Position numbers and translations under genes: made by a program
In this document: positions 1 through 9,556 of the stretch, in pieces
Layout: each line of letters opens with the position of its first letter
Position numbering within the stretch: the first letter of the stretch is position 1
Notes under the pieces: model-generated
What the model saw: the letters and a program-made list of their open reading frames with translations, nothing else
What the model was told of the DNA's origin: nothing
Databases searched by the model: none
DNA from: Pseudomonadota bacterium
GTDB taxonomy: Bacteria > Pseudomonadota > Alphaproteobacteria > Rhodobacterales > Rhodobacteraceae
Direction of reading: 5' to 3'
NCBI GenBank assembly: GCA_039196345.1
Contig: JBCCUU010000015.1
Coordinates: 482-64,481 of the forward strand
Length of the DNA stretch: 64,000 bases

Positions 1-905
1 ATCGGAGCCGCCGCCTGATTGGCCGCGTCTTCCAGATTGACCGTGATGGAATACCCCTTGACCGGATAGACATTCAGCCGATCCCCCAGCATGGTCGCAA
101 ACTTGCGCGACTGCACACCTGCGCAGATCACGATCTGATCGAACACTTCCTTGTGCAGGCCTGGAAATGACGCGCCTCGGTCGTCTTCGATCCGGCTGAA
201 CACTTCGATTTTGCCGGAGTCGGCGCGGAGCTTTTCCACCACCGTCGACAGCTTCATCGTCGCCCCGTGCTTGACGCAGGCATTCGCCAGCAGGCTGGTG
301 AATTTGTGGATGTCTCCGGTGAAGTCGCTGTCGGTGTAGAATCCTCCGTAAATCTCACCCTTGAGGGTCGGCTCGATCTGGCTGATTTCCTCGCGCGTCA
401 CCGCGCGACGGTCCAACCCGCCCTTCTTCAGCAGATGCGTGACCTTTTCAGCGACTTCGAACTGTGCCTTGGTTTCGTAAAAATGCAGGATGCCGGTGTT
501 CTCACGGTCGAAATCAATGTTTTCCGCCTCGGCCATTTTGACCAGTTGTTGCCGGGCATCGAGTGCCCATTTCACCGTCTGGATCGTGTTGGCCTCGTAG
601 TTCGGAATGGCGCGGACAAACTCGGCCAGCCAGGAATATTTGTGCCAGGACGGTTTGGGGTTCATCAACAGGGGTGCTCCGGCAGAAAACATCCACTGCA
701 CGCCCTTCAGCATCGTGGGAATGCTGTTCCACACCTCCGCGTTGGACGCCGACAGCTGGCCACCATTGGCATAGCTTGTTTCCATAGCGGGATAGGGGTT
801 GGCTTCGAAAACGGTGACATCCGCCCCTTTGGCCAACAGCTGATACCCTGTCGTGATCCCGGTGATCCCGCCGCCGATGACGGCAACCTTCGTGTTGTCT
901 TTCAT
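1..905 (-). CDS. dadA: D-amino acid dehydrogenase (FAD), 5' part; runs off the left edge
   Basis: Manual translation from ATG at 905: MKDNTKVAVIGGGITG (FAD motif), METSYANGGQLSASNAEVW, and VYPVKGYSITV near the window edge. Missing from the ORF track because there is no stop in the window. Confidence 0.88.
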   Translation of the reverse strand, partial: MKDNTKVAVIGGGITGITTGYQLLAKGADVTVFEANPYPAMETSYANGGQLSASNAEVWNSIPTMLKGVQWMFSAGAPLLMNPKPSWHKYSWLAEFVRAIPNYEANTIQTVKWALDARQQLVKMAEAENIDFDRENTGILHFYETKAQFEVAEKVTHLLKKGGLDRRAVTREEISQIEPTLKGEIYGGFYTDSDFTGDIHKFTSLLANACVKHGATMKLSTVVEKLRADSGKIEVFSRIEDDRGASFPGLHKEVFDQIVICAGVQSRKFATMLGDRLNVYPVKGYSITVNLEDAANQAAAP

Positions 906-947
906 GGCACGCCTCCCCCCGCAACCTGATGCGGTTGCAAACGCCCC

Positions 948-1116
948 CTCTGTCATTGGCCTGAGAGTTTCACGCCAGACCTTCATGACCAGACGCTTAC
1001 ACCTTGGGCGGAAGCATCGCGGCTTCGCTTTCCAGAGTTGTTCCTTTTCGCGGTCCTGGTGCCTGAGAGTTTCCGGGGCGGTTGCTCCTTCGGCGTCGCT
1101 GGAGCGACTCTCCCGC
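948..1116 (-). ncRNA. Tandem glycine riboswitch
   Basis: Reverse strand shows two aptamers: GCGGGAGAG...CGCCGAAGGAGCAA...GGAAACTCTCAGGCACCAGGACCGC (1050-1116) and CTCTGGAAAG...CGCCCAAGGTGTAAG...AAACTCTCAGGCCAATGACAGAG (948-1037), joined by a GGAACAA linker, directly upstream of dadA. Confidence 0.93.
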
Positions 1117-1342
1117 AGGTTTCTTTTAGGAAACTTTTTGCGTATCGTCAACATAATTCCCGATTATGCGCATTTGTGCCCGTTTCAGTGCTGATGAATG
1201 GGGCGCTCGACGTCGTAAGCTCAGCATTCGCAAGAGGCGTTCGCGCGGATGAGACGTCCGTCAGCACAGCTTGTCATGGATCAGGCAAAGCCGAACACTA
1301 TCCCGACAGGTTGCTTTGCCCCCAATTCTTCTTCAGAAGATA

Positions 1343-1482
1343 CTGGTTTTTATCTGCAACGGGATCAACCATCGCAGCCATGCGCAGATGGCTGTTCTCG
1401 CGCAGGCCATTGGCACGGTTCCTTCGGAAACATCCAGCTTCTTGGCAATTTCATTGTAGGGCATGCGCCCATCCCCTTGCAG
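1343..1482 (-). pseudogene. Lrp/AsnC-family regulator remnant
   Basis: Reverse strand reads LQGDGRMPYNEIAKKLDVSEGTV (1414-1482), then after a frame break NGLRENSHLRMAAMVDPV. This matches the Lrp N-terminal HTH. No intact start or C-terminal domain. Confidence 0.75.
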
Positions 1483-1538
1483 GAGCGGATCGTGCTGGAT
1501 GTCATGTCAAATAATCAAACCGAACAGGAAAGATCAGC

Positions 1539-1983
1539 ATGAGCGACAGCATAAACGCCGGTTTCCGTCTGGCGCATAAGATGATGCGCGTGGTGGATAT
1601 GGAAAACCCATCGGGTCTTACTGCGGTATTCCGGGCATGCAGGTGTTGCGTCGCTCGGATGATCCTGAGGGCAGATTCACCAAGACCCTTATCGGCTATG
1701 GTCCAGAGGCTGAGGGGCCTTGCCGGGAACTGACCGCCAACTGGGATCAGGAAGCGTCCTACGGGAAGGGCAACGGCAGGGGCCACATCTGCATTGAGAC
1801 GCCCGATGTCTACAAAGCCTGCGAAGGGCTTGCAGAAGCCGGCGTCAACATCACCCGACCGGCCGGGTCCATGAAAACGGCACGCGGGTCATTGCGTATT
1901 ACGAAGATCCTGATGGTTACAAGGTCGAGCTGAACGAAAGCATTCCGAAACATCTGGCCGCAGAGGAGACAAGGGATGGGTGA
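1539..1983 (+). pseudogene. gloA: Lactoylglutathione lyase (glyoxalase I), two frameshifts
   Basis: Pieces FRLAHKMMRVVDME / GMQVLRRSDDPEGRFTKTLIGYG...ELTANWD...GNGRGHICIETPDVYKACE / GTRVIAYYEDPDGYKVELNE lie in different frames, with breaks near 1615 and 1875. Confidence 0.85.
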
Positions 1984-2383
1984 TACAGCAAGACTTATGA
2001 AATGGGAACTGGTGGAGGATCGCTATCACCAGATCGGAGAGAAGGACAGCGACACCTATATCAAGCCGATGGTCACCTCTGCCTTTTCCCACAGGATGTG
2101 CGGCGGCATCAACGTGCTGAACAACATCAAGGTGCCGTGGGATCTGACCTGTGACAAGATCATCAACGTGCTCGAAGGGACCTTTCGGCTCGTCTGCGAT
2201 GAGGAAACCTGCATCTGCAATCGCGGCGACGTTCTCTACATCCCGAAAGACAACCACCTCTCCTATGAGGCGGAGGAACGGTGCGTGGTTTTCTACGCCG
2301 CCTGTCCGCACAACTGGAAACAACGGCATACCAGGGCGGCGTCAAGGCAGCCCTGCGGTCCATCCGGGCGCGTACCATCCTGA
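1976..2383 (+). CDS. EutQ-like cupin; C-terminus probably altered by a deletion
   Basis: Cupin motifs WDLTCDKIINVLEGTF and GDVLYIPKDNHLSY. The tail after NWKQRH overlaps the hydrolase remnant. Confidence 0.65.
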   Translation: MGDTARLMKWELVEDRYHQIGEKDSDTYIKPMVTSAFSHRMCGGINVLNNIKVPWDLTCDKIINVLEGTFRLVCDEETCICNRGDVLYIPKDNHLSYEAEERCVVFYAACPHNWKQRHTRAASRQPCGPSGRVPS

Positions 2384-2560
2384 TGCCCTGCACGCAGCAC
2401 CTCTATTTCCCCCCCCGCTGACAACGAGGCGAGGTTCATTCCAGATGCACTGTTTCGCCCTGTCGCTTCGGACTTCGGCAACTGTGCCGCAAATCCCAGG
2501 AATGATCCCGGGTTTGAAAAGGCGCTCGATCAGAACATTGCACGGTTGCTGACGCAGTGA
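2329..2560 (+). pseudogene. C-terminal remnant of a homoserine O-acetyltransferase-like (MetX-like) alpha/beta hydrolase
   Basis: YQGGVKAALRSIRARTILMPCTQHLYFPP, a +1 shift in the C8 run (2409-2416), then ADNEARFIPDALFRPVASDFGNCAANP...LLTQ*. The expected catalytic His (GH) appears as GN. Confidence 0.7.
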
Positions 2561-2707
2561 CGCCCTTGTTGAAACAGGTGGCCAACAGCGCGCCTGATAT
2601 CTGCGGGCCATGGTTGAAATGGCCGGGGCAGGGGACCCGCATCCGGAGCTTGTTCTCTGTCTTGACGCGGAAGGGTAAAAGACTGCGTCAATCCGGAACC
2701 GGTCCCT

Positions 2708-2811
2708 TAAAGCATTTCCAGTTTTTGTTGAAACATCACGCATCGCTTTTCGCGTTTGAGCGAAGCGAAAGACAGCGAACAAGTGATTCCAGATAAACTG
2801 GAAGTGCTATA
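2708..2811. repeat. Miniature inverted-repeat element (MITE-like)
   Basis: Terminal inverted repeats TAAAGCATTTCCAG (2708-2721) and CTGGAAGTGCTATA (2798-2811), 12/14 match. Confidence 0.7.
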
Positions 2812-2915
2812 GAGCGTCTGACGAAATACCTGAAACATCAGGCATCACGTAACGCGCCCCAATCCTTGATTTCAGGCAGCGTTGCGTGATTGGGGGTTTT
2901 TCGCATGACGCTTTA
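2810..2915. repeat. Second MITE-like element abutting the first
   Basis: Termini TAGAGCGTC (2810-2818) and GACGCTTTA (2907-2915); shares the TA junction with the previous element. Confidence 0.65.
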
Positions 2916-2926
2916 ACGGAGCGGTT

Positions 2927-3895
2927 CTATCCGTTACCGTTGCCTTTTTCATGCAGAACCCGCCCGATGAGATTCATCAGCAATTGCGCGGCCAGAATCT
3001 GGGTGGACCCCGTCAGGTCATAATCTGGCGCGACCTCCACCAGATCGACCCCGACAATGTGGCCGCGCTTGGCAAGGCCCGCCACCAGTTCCAGCACTTC
3101 GTAATACAAAAAGCCGCCGTGACTGGGCGTGCCGGTGCCCGGGGCGATGGAGGGATCAAAGGCGTCGATGTCGATTGTCAGGTAGTAGCGTGCGCCTTCG
3201 GGGATACGGTCCAGCATGGCCTCGACCCCGATTTTGCGCAGTTGCCGTACCGACTGGATGTCGGATCCCATGGCGCGGGCATCCACATACCCATCCCGCG
3301 CGGTTGACGACACATTGCGAATGCCGATCTGGGTCAGCCCGGTGACATAGGGTTTCTCTGCGGCACGGCGCATCGGGTTGCCGTGGCCATGCCGCACACC
3401 GTGGCGTTCATCGACAAAATCCAGATGGGCGTCGATCTGAACCACGTGGATCGGCTCCTGATCTTCAAAGGCATTGATACAGGGAATATTGACCGAATGA
3501 TCGCCCCCCAGCACCACCGGAATTGCGCCTGCCTTGAGGATCTTGCGCACACCGAATTCGATATTGGCATGGCTCCTTTCGGTATCGGTGTGGACGATGT
3601 CAGCGTCACCGATGTCCACGATGGTGACCTCTGCCGGGTCGAGATAGGTGACATCATCCTCATGATCGTATGCCCCAGCGTGACCGAAAGAGAACAAGGT
3701 GGACGCTTCCCGGATCGCCCTCGGCCCCATGCGTGCACCCGACCGCCACTGGCAGCCAAAATCGAACGGTGCGCCCATGACCGCGACATCGGCGTCAATC
3801 CTGTCCCAATCTTCGATGTAGGGGTATTTTCCGAATGTGCAGATGCCCACGAAAGGCAGGTTCAGACGGCCGGAGTCGTAGCCATGTTTTGACAT
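2927..3895 (-). CDS. speB: Agmatinase / ureohydrolase family protein
   Basis: GGDHSV, DAHLD, HGNPM and TIDIDAFDPSIAPGTGTP binuclear metal motifs. Substrate not established. Confidence 0.85.
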   Translation of the reverse strand: MSKHGYDSGRLNLPFVGICTFGKYPYIEDWDRIDADVAVMGAPFDFGCQWRSGARMGPRAIREASTLFSFGHAGAYDHEDDVTYLDPAEVTIVDIGDADIVHTDTERSHANIEFGVRKILKAGAIPVVLGGDHSVNIPCINAFEDQEPIHVVQIDAHLDFVDERHGVRHGHGNPMRRAAEKPYVTGLTQIGIRNVSSTARDGYVDARAMGSDIQSVRQLRKIGVEAMLDRIPEGARYYLTIDIDAFDPSIAPGTGTPSHGGFLYYEVLELVAGLAKRGHIVGVDLVEVAPDYDLTGSTQILAAQLLMNLIGRVLHEKGNGNG

Positions 3896-3910
3896 GTTGT
3901 TTCCTTCAGA

Positions 3911-4816
3911 TCAGATTTTCACTGCGGCGTCATATTGGGGCATGACCACCCGGCGCGGCGTATATTCCCCGCTGGCAATCATCGCGTCCACATGGGCTGC
4001 GATCTCTTCCATCGGTGCAAACCAGACATCGCTACGGTGCAGGACGGTTTCCAGGAATTGAGCCACAACCTCCCAGCGGGACAAACGCCCGGTTGCGAAG
4101 GGATGCACGACCGGCACCCATAGCCCTCCGTGCCGATAGGCTGCGTCGAATTCCTGCACAAATGGCTCCCATCCGGTGCGCGGCGCGCGGATTGGCATCA
4201 TGTAGTCAAGGTCCATCGATTGGACATATTGTGGCCAGTCATCCAGGCCCCAATGCGAGGGCAGCTCGACAAGGCTGCCACCCTTCGCCTCGACGATATA
4301 GGGCACATCGTCGCCCATCAACGAGGCGTCATATCTGAAACCCCGTTCCACCAGCAAGTCAGCCGAGTGGTTGGAAAAGTTGTAGAGCGGTGCGCGCCAT
4401 CCCCTGGGCTTTTGGCCGGTCATCCGCTGGATGACCTCGATGCAGCGGTCCATCCACATGGCCTGTTCATCGCGGCTTTGCGGGACGGGGTTTTCATGCA
4501 GATAGCCGTGCTGGCCGATCTCGTGGCCCCCCTTCAGAATGGTCTCGACCGCCTCCGGGTAAGTCTCCATGCACCAGGCGGGAATGAAGAACGTCTGCCT
4601 GATCCCCAAGTGGCGATAGGTCTCGACAACGCGGGGGATCGCCACGGTTGGCCCGTATTGCAGCATCGAAATGGCCGAGGCACGTCGGTATCCGTCGGTG
4701 GGGTGGTCGAGATGGATGAGACTGTCGGCATCCATGTCGAAGGTGATGCAACAGGCGCATTTTGCACCATTGGGCCAGGGCACCGGGTTTTGGATCATCG
4801 CTGGTAACGTCATCAC
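3911..4816 (-). CDS. Polysaccharide deacetylase-fold (CE4) amidohydrolase, PuuE/HpPgdA-like
   Basis: TFDMDAD, HEIGQHGYLHE, GWRAPLY, YDASLM, HPF motifs; no signal peptide. Confidence 0.85.
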   Translation of the reverse strand: MMTLPAMIQNPVPWPNGAKCACCITFDMDADSLIHLDHPTDGYRRASAISMLQYGPTVAIPRVVETYRHLGIRQTFFIPAWCMETYPEAVETILKGGHEIGQHGYLHENPVPQSRDEQAMWMDRCIEVIQRMTGQKPRGWRAPLYNFSNHSADLLVERGFRYDASLMGDDVPYIVEAKGGSLVELPSHWGLDDWPQYVQSMDLDYMMPIRAPRTGWEPFVQEFDAAYRHGGLWVPVVHPFATGRLSRWEVVAQFLETVLHRSDVWFAPMEEIAAHVDAMIASGEYTPRRVVMPQYDAAVKI

Positions 4817-5754
4817 TTGCCTCCGCGTTCGTAACGAATGCCGATGGCCGCAGGCGGACGCACCTTGCCAGCGAACAGCACCAGAGCCAGGAAGGATGCA
4901 ACAAAGGGCACCATGGAAAAGAGCTGGTAGGGCACATCCGGGCTGTTGAACTGCAGCCTCAACTGCATCGCATCGGACAGGCCAAAGAACAGGCAGGCCA
5001 GCAGTGCGCCCAGCGGGTTCCAGCGCCCCAGGATCAGGGCGGCGAGGGCGATGAAACCCTTGCCCGCGCTCATATGTTCGGTGAAGACGAAGACCTGGCT
5101 CAGCACCAGATAGCAGCCGCCCAGCCCGGCCATGGCGCAGCTTGCCAGCACCGCCAGCAACCGCACTTTCGGCACGCTGATCCCGGCGCTGTCGGCGGCA
5201 ACGGGATAATCACCGATCGCGCGCAGGTTCAGGCCCCAGGGCGTCTTGTAGATGACCCACCATGCCAAAGGCACCAAGATGTACATCAGATAGGTCAGGA
5301 AATCCTGGTTGAACAGAACGGGACCCAGGATCGGGATGGCCGAAAGGCCGGGGATCGCGATCGCGTGGAACCCCGGCAGTGTCGATGTGGCATCCGCGCC
5401 CAGAATAAGCCGCGCCAGATAGGACGTCAGGCCAAGCATCAGGATGTTGATCGCAATCCCGGCGACAAGCTGGTTGATCGCCAGACCCACGGCCAGCCCG
5501 GCCAGGATCAGTCCGGCCATCATTGCCACGAAAACACCCAGTAGCAGTCCGGCAACGGGATGGCCTATCAGATAGGCCCCGACCGCAGCGCCAAACGCGC
5601 CACCAAGAATGCAGCCTTCGAGCGCGATGTTGAAAACCCCGCTACGCTCCGAGATCACACCGCCCACAGCAGCAAAGATGATCGGAATGGACAGGCGCAA
5701 GCTGGTCGACAGGAAATCGGCAAGGGCCTGCGGGTCGGTCAGAAAGTCGATCAT
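4813..5754 (-). CDS. ABC transporter permease (nucleoside/simple-sugar type)
   Basis: SERSGVFNIALEG, TPWGLNLRAIG, GKGFIALAALILGRWNP. Confidence 0.9.
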   Translation of the reverse strand: MIDFLTDPQALADFLSTSLRLSIPIIFAAVGGVISERSGVFNIALEGCILGGAFGAAVGAYLIGHPVAGLLLGVFVAMMAGLILAGLAVGLAINQLVAGIAINILMLGLTSYLARLILGADATSTLPGFHAIAIPGLSAIPILGPVLFNQDFLTYLMYILVPLAWWVIYKTPWGLNLRAIGDYPVAADSAGISVPKVRLLAVLASCAMAGLGGCYLVLSQVFVFTEHMSAGKGFIALAALILGRWNPLGALLACLFFGLSDAMQLRLQFNSPDVPYQLFSMVPFVASFLALVLFAGKVRPPAAIGIRYERGGK

Positions 5755-6863
5755 GTGTCTTGCCCCGAGGATCTGTCATGGAACGTGTCGCCCAGTTCGG
5801 TGTCCAGCCGTCTTCGGCGGCGCATCAACCGTGCAGCCCATTTCTGCGCGTCGTATTTAAGGCCAAGGCTCGCGGCCACGAAGATAATGACCAACCCTTG
5901 AATGGCCTCGATGACGGTGCTTTCCAGACCCACGGCCCGTTGCATGACCAGTGCCCCTGCCTTGAGGCCGGCAAGGAAGAAGGCGGCAAGAGGGGCCAGC
6001 AACGGGTTCACCGTGGCCAGGAAGGCCACCACGATCCCGTCGAACCCGTATCCGGGCGAGAAGTGGTGAAAGAGCCGGTATTTTAGCCCCAGAACCTCGA
6101 ACGTGCCCGCCAGCCCGCCGATGGCCCCGGCGGCAAACATCACACCGACCACGTAGGGCTTGACCGGAACCCCGGCATAGGTGGCCGCGGTGGCATTCTT
6201 GCCGATCATGTCGAGCGCAAAGCCGATGGTTGAATAGCGCAGGATGAAAAACAGGATCATCGCCAGAGCAAGGCCGATCACCACACCGGCATGCGCATCG
6301 GTAGACGGCATGATCCACGGCAGCCACAAGTCCTGGCTGATCTCCTCGGAATAGGGATAGGGGGCGCCTTCCTGCATCATTGGGCCACCCGCGACATAGC
6401 TGACAATATTGATGGCGATGAAGTTCAACAGGATCGTCAGGATCACCTCGTTCATGCCGTGATACGCCTTGAGATAGCCGGGGATCAAACCCCAGAACCC
6501 GCCCCCAAAGGCACCGGCCAGAACGCAGATCGGGATATGGAGCCATGGGTTCATCTCTGGCAGCAACAGGGCCGCCATGGCGGAAAAGAGCCCGCCCATA
6601 TAGATTTGACCCTCGACGCCAATGTTCAGAAGGCCTGCCCGCAACGGCAGGATCACCGCAAGCCCCGCCAGCAGAATGGGCGAGGTTTTAACCAAGGTAC
6701 CGGCAAGGCCCCAATAGTCGAAGAACGCTCCCTTGAAGAGTTCGACGTAGGCTGTGAAAGGGTTGATCCCGGCCAGCAGGATCAGCCCTGAACCAACGAA
6801 AAGAGCCAGAAGCACAGCCCAGACCGGGCGGAAGACATAGAAATAGCGGATCGCGGTTTGCAT
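5751..6863 (-). CDS. ABC transporter permease (nucleoside/simple-sugar type)
   Basis: GLLNIGVEGQ, HGMNEVILTILLNF, GYGFDGIVVAFL. Confidence 0.9.
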   Translation of the reverse strand: MQTAIRYFYVFRPVWAVLLALFVGSGLILLAGINPFTAYVELFKGAFFDYWGLAGTLVKTSPILLAGLAVILPLRAGLLNIGVEGQIYMGGLFSAMAALLLPEMNPWLHIPICVLAGAFGGGFWGLIPGYLKAYHGMNEVILTILLNFIAINIVSYVAGGPMMQEGAPYPYSEEISQDLWLPWIMPSTDAHAGVVIGLALAMILFFILRYSTIGFALDMIGKNATAATYAGVPVKPYVVGVMFAAGAIGGLAGTFEVLGLKYRLFHHFSPGYGFDGIVVAFLATVNPLLAPLAAFFLAGLKAGALVMQRAVGLESTVIEAIQGLVIIFVAASLGLKYDAQKWAARLMRRRRRLDTELGDTFHDRSSGQDT

Positions 6864-8389
6864 CAGACAGCCTCCTCTTCCGACAGGCCGCCCATCAACG
6901 CGCCAATCCGTTCGTCGGTCACCTCATCTGGTGTGAGCGTGCCGGTGATCTCACCAGCACACATGACAGCAATCCTGTCGGCGACGGTCATGATGTGTTC
7001 CAGTTCGGTTGAAATATAGAGGATGGCCTTGCCCGCGGCGCGTTCGCGCATGACCGTGCGTTGTACCGCTTCGATCGCGCCCACATCGAGGCCCTTGCAC
7101 GGCTGCATCACCACGAATACGCGGGGGTCGCATTCCACCTCGCGGGCGAAGATCAGCTTTTGCTGGTTGCCGCCGGACAGAAAGCGCACCTGCTGATCAA
7201 TCGAGCGCATGCGCACATCGTAACGATCCACCCAATCCTGCGCGATCCCGCGGATCCTGGACTTGTTGATTACCCCGTTCGTCGAGAAAGGGGCCACATT
7301 GAAATCGCGCATCATGACGTTCTGGGCGATGGTGAAATCCAGCACCAGCCCGGTATGGTGGCGATCCTCGGGCACATAGGACAGCCCGTGCTTGTGACGC
7401 CGCGCATGGGTTGAGCTGGCGGTGACATCCACGCCATCTATCGTGACCGTGCCCGCCTCGGGCAACATGAGACCGGCAACGACATTGGCCAGTTCCGCCT
7501 GTCCGTTGCCATCAACGCCGGCAACACCCAGCACCTCGCCCGCCCGAATTTCGATGGAGACGCCCTTGAGCGCCTCAATCCCGCGTTGATCCCGCGCGTG
7601 CAGCCCTTCGGCACGAAAAATGACCTCACCCGGCACTTTGTCGCCGCGGTCCATCTTGTCATGAACCACCTCGCGCCCGACCATGAGCCGGGCCATTTCC
7701 TTGGCATCCGACTCTGCCACTTTCAACTCGGCAGTGACACGCCCATGCTGAAGGACAGTTACATTGTCGGCGACGGCTTCGACTTCATCGAGCTTGTGGG
7801 TGATGAAAATCACCGTTTTGCCCAAGGCGCGCAGCCGCCGCAGCCCGTCAAGAAAGCTCGCAATTTCATTGGGGGCCAGGACGCTGGTTGGCTCATCGAG
7901 AATGATGATATCAGCGTCGCGGAACAGAACTTTCAGGATTTCGACCCTCTGGCGCATTCCGATGGGCAGCTTCCAGACCTCCTGATGCGGGTCGATATCG
8001 AATTCATATTGCGCCGAAAGCTCTGCCAGGCGGGCCGCAATTGCCTCCAGATCCAGCTTCAGGCCTTGCCCGGGCAGACCCAGAGCGATGTTCTCGGCGA
8101 CGGTCAGGCTGTCGACCAGCATGAAATGCTGATGGATCATCCCGATCCCCATATCCATGGCCAGCTTGGGCGACGGGATTTGGGCTTCTGTGCCGTGCAG
8201 CAAGATCCGGCCCTCTTCCGGTTGATCGAGCCCGAAAAGGATATTCATCAGGGTCGTCTTGCCTGCACCGTTTTCGCCAAGGATGGCATGAACCGTGCCG
8301 CGTTCGATCTGCATATCGACCTGATCGAGCGCACGAAACGTCCCGAAAAGCTTGGATATGCCACGCAGGGAGAGAGCGGTGCCGCCCAT
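6863..8389 (-). CDS. ABC transporter ATP-binding protein, two NBDs
   Basis: GENGAGKTT Walker A, LDEPT, LSGGNQQK. Start placed at MGGTALSL (8389). Confidence 0.92.
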   Translation of the reverse strand: MGGTALSLRGISKLFGTFRALDQVDMQIERGTVHAILGENGAGKTTLMNILFGLDQPEEGRILLHGTEAQIPSPKLAMDMGIGMIHQHFMLVDSLTVAENIALGLPGQGLKLDLEAIAARLAELSAQYEFDIDPHQEVWKLPIGMRQRVEILKVLFRDADIIILDEPTSVLAPNEIASFLDGLRRLRALGKTVIFITHKLDEVEAVADNVTVLQHGRVTAELKVAESDAKEMARLMVGREVVHDKMDRGDKVPGEVIFRAEGLHARDQRGIEALKGVSIEIRAGEVLGVAGVDGNGQAELANVVAGLMLPEAGTVTIDGVDVTASSTHARRHKHGLSYVPEDRHHTGLVLDFTIAQNVMMRDFNVAPFSTNGVINKSRIRGIAQDWVDRYDVRMRSIDQQVRFLSGGNQQKLIFAREVECDPRVFVVMQPCKGLDVGAIEAVQRTVMRERAAGKAILYISTELEHIMTVADRIAVMCAGEITGTLTPDEVTDERIGALMGGLSEEEAV

Positions 8390-8463
8390 GTCGTTCACTC
8401 CTATTCTGTCAAGAGTGTTGGTATCAGGTGCAATTGTTCGGTGCATCTGATACCACGGATGCC

Positions 8464-9426
8464 TTAGCGCGTTTCCACTTCGCCGGCGACAATCCTCTCG
8501 ATCAGCGCCGCGGCTTCGCTTTGTGTTTCCTCCGAAACACGCTCGGAATAGCTGCCCATGCGGGCGGCTGCCGGTGTTTCAAGCCCAAAGATGTATGAGG
8601 TGCCCTCAAGCTCACCGGCTTTTGCTTTGCCGATCACTTCCCCCAGAGCGCTGCGCATGTCGAAGATGGCTGACTGGATCACCGTATCTGGCCAATCCGC
8701 AATGGCGTCATAGTAGATTCCAATGCCCATCGCACCTTTTTCCCTTACACCCTGAAGGCTGCCGACAACCGCGTTGTCCATTGACGGGAAAATCACGTCA
8801 GCGCCCTGGCTGATGAGGTTCAGTGCCGCTTCCTTGCCTTTGGCCACATCATCCCAGTCATTGGTCCAGGCGGTGAAGACCTCGCCATCGGGGCGCGCAT
8901 CCATGAAGCCTTTTTCGAATCCTTCGCCAAGCTGGACGTAGAACAACAGTTTCTGCGCACCTACGTAACCCGCCTTGCCGGTCTCGGATGTCTTCCCCGA
9001 GACGTAGCCCATGACATAGCCGAGCGCTGGGAAATCAAAGCTCATGGTGGCAACGTTTTCACCCGGCTCAGTCCCATTCACGATCAGGAATTTCGTATCG
9101 GGAAAACGCGATGCAACACGGTCAATGGATTCCTGGAATTCACCGCCATGGCCGATCACCAGATCATAACCGCGCCGCGCATAATCCGACAGCGCTTCCG
9201 GCTGGTCGGGCTGTGCGGTCTTTTCTGAATAGGCGAATTCGATCCCGAGTGTTTCGGCGGCACGCTCGACACCCTCATAGCCAGCCTGGTTGAAGGACCG
9301 GTCCGTGATGACCCCCGGCAGCACGATCGCTACCCTGAAGTCTTCCGCGAACGATGTGGTTGCCGTCGCAACCGTCAGCGCTAAACTGACAAGCATTGCT
9401 TTATTCTTTGAAAGTGTATTTATCAT
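8464..9426 (-). CDS. BMP/PnrA-family ABC substrate-binding protein
   Basis: Signal peptide, DRSFNQAGYEG, GYDLVIGHGGEF, QGADVIF. Confidence 0.88.
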   Translation of the reverse strand: MINTLSKNKAMLVSLALTVATATTSFAEDFRVAIVLPGVITDRSFNQAGYEGVERAAETLGIEFAYSEKTAQPDQPEALSDYARRGYDLVIGHGGEFQESIDRVASRFPDTKFLIVNGTEPGENVATMSFDFPALGYVMGYVSGKTSETGKAGYVGAQKLLFYVQLGEGFEKGFMDARPDGEVFTAWTNDWDDVAKGKEAALNLISQGADVIFPSMDNAVVGSLQGVREKGAMGIGIYYDAIADWPDTVIQSAIFDMRSALGEVIGKAKAGELEGTSYIFGLETPAAARMGSYSERVSEETQSEAAALIERIVAGEVETR

Positions 9427-9455
9427 GAGACTCTTCGCCCTCCCCTTTTTATATC

Positions 9456-9491
9456 TGACATAAAATTAGAGTGACTATAAATTTTATGTCA
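9456..9491. promoter_or_regulatory. Candidate TetR operator
   Basis: Perfect 12-bp inverted repeat TGACATAAAATT-N12-AATTTTATGTCA between the divergent BMP and TetR genes. Confidence 0.7.
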
Positions 9492-9556
9492 ATCTTTTTA
9501 TTGAGGCAGTTCCGTCTGCCATGTAGTAAGCTGAATAGGACAGAGTAGGATATTTA

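Noticed and set aside
921-938. GCAACC-N6-GGTTGC resembles the half-sites of the inositol operator
   Set aside because: The spacing differs from TTGCAACCGGTTGCAA, and it lies in the riboswitch expression platform, so an RNA hairpin explains it better.
1249-1542. Plus-strand 97-aa ORF apparently coupled to gloA
   Set aside because: No recognisable protein features; it is the antisense shadow of the Lrp remnant.
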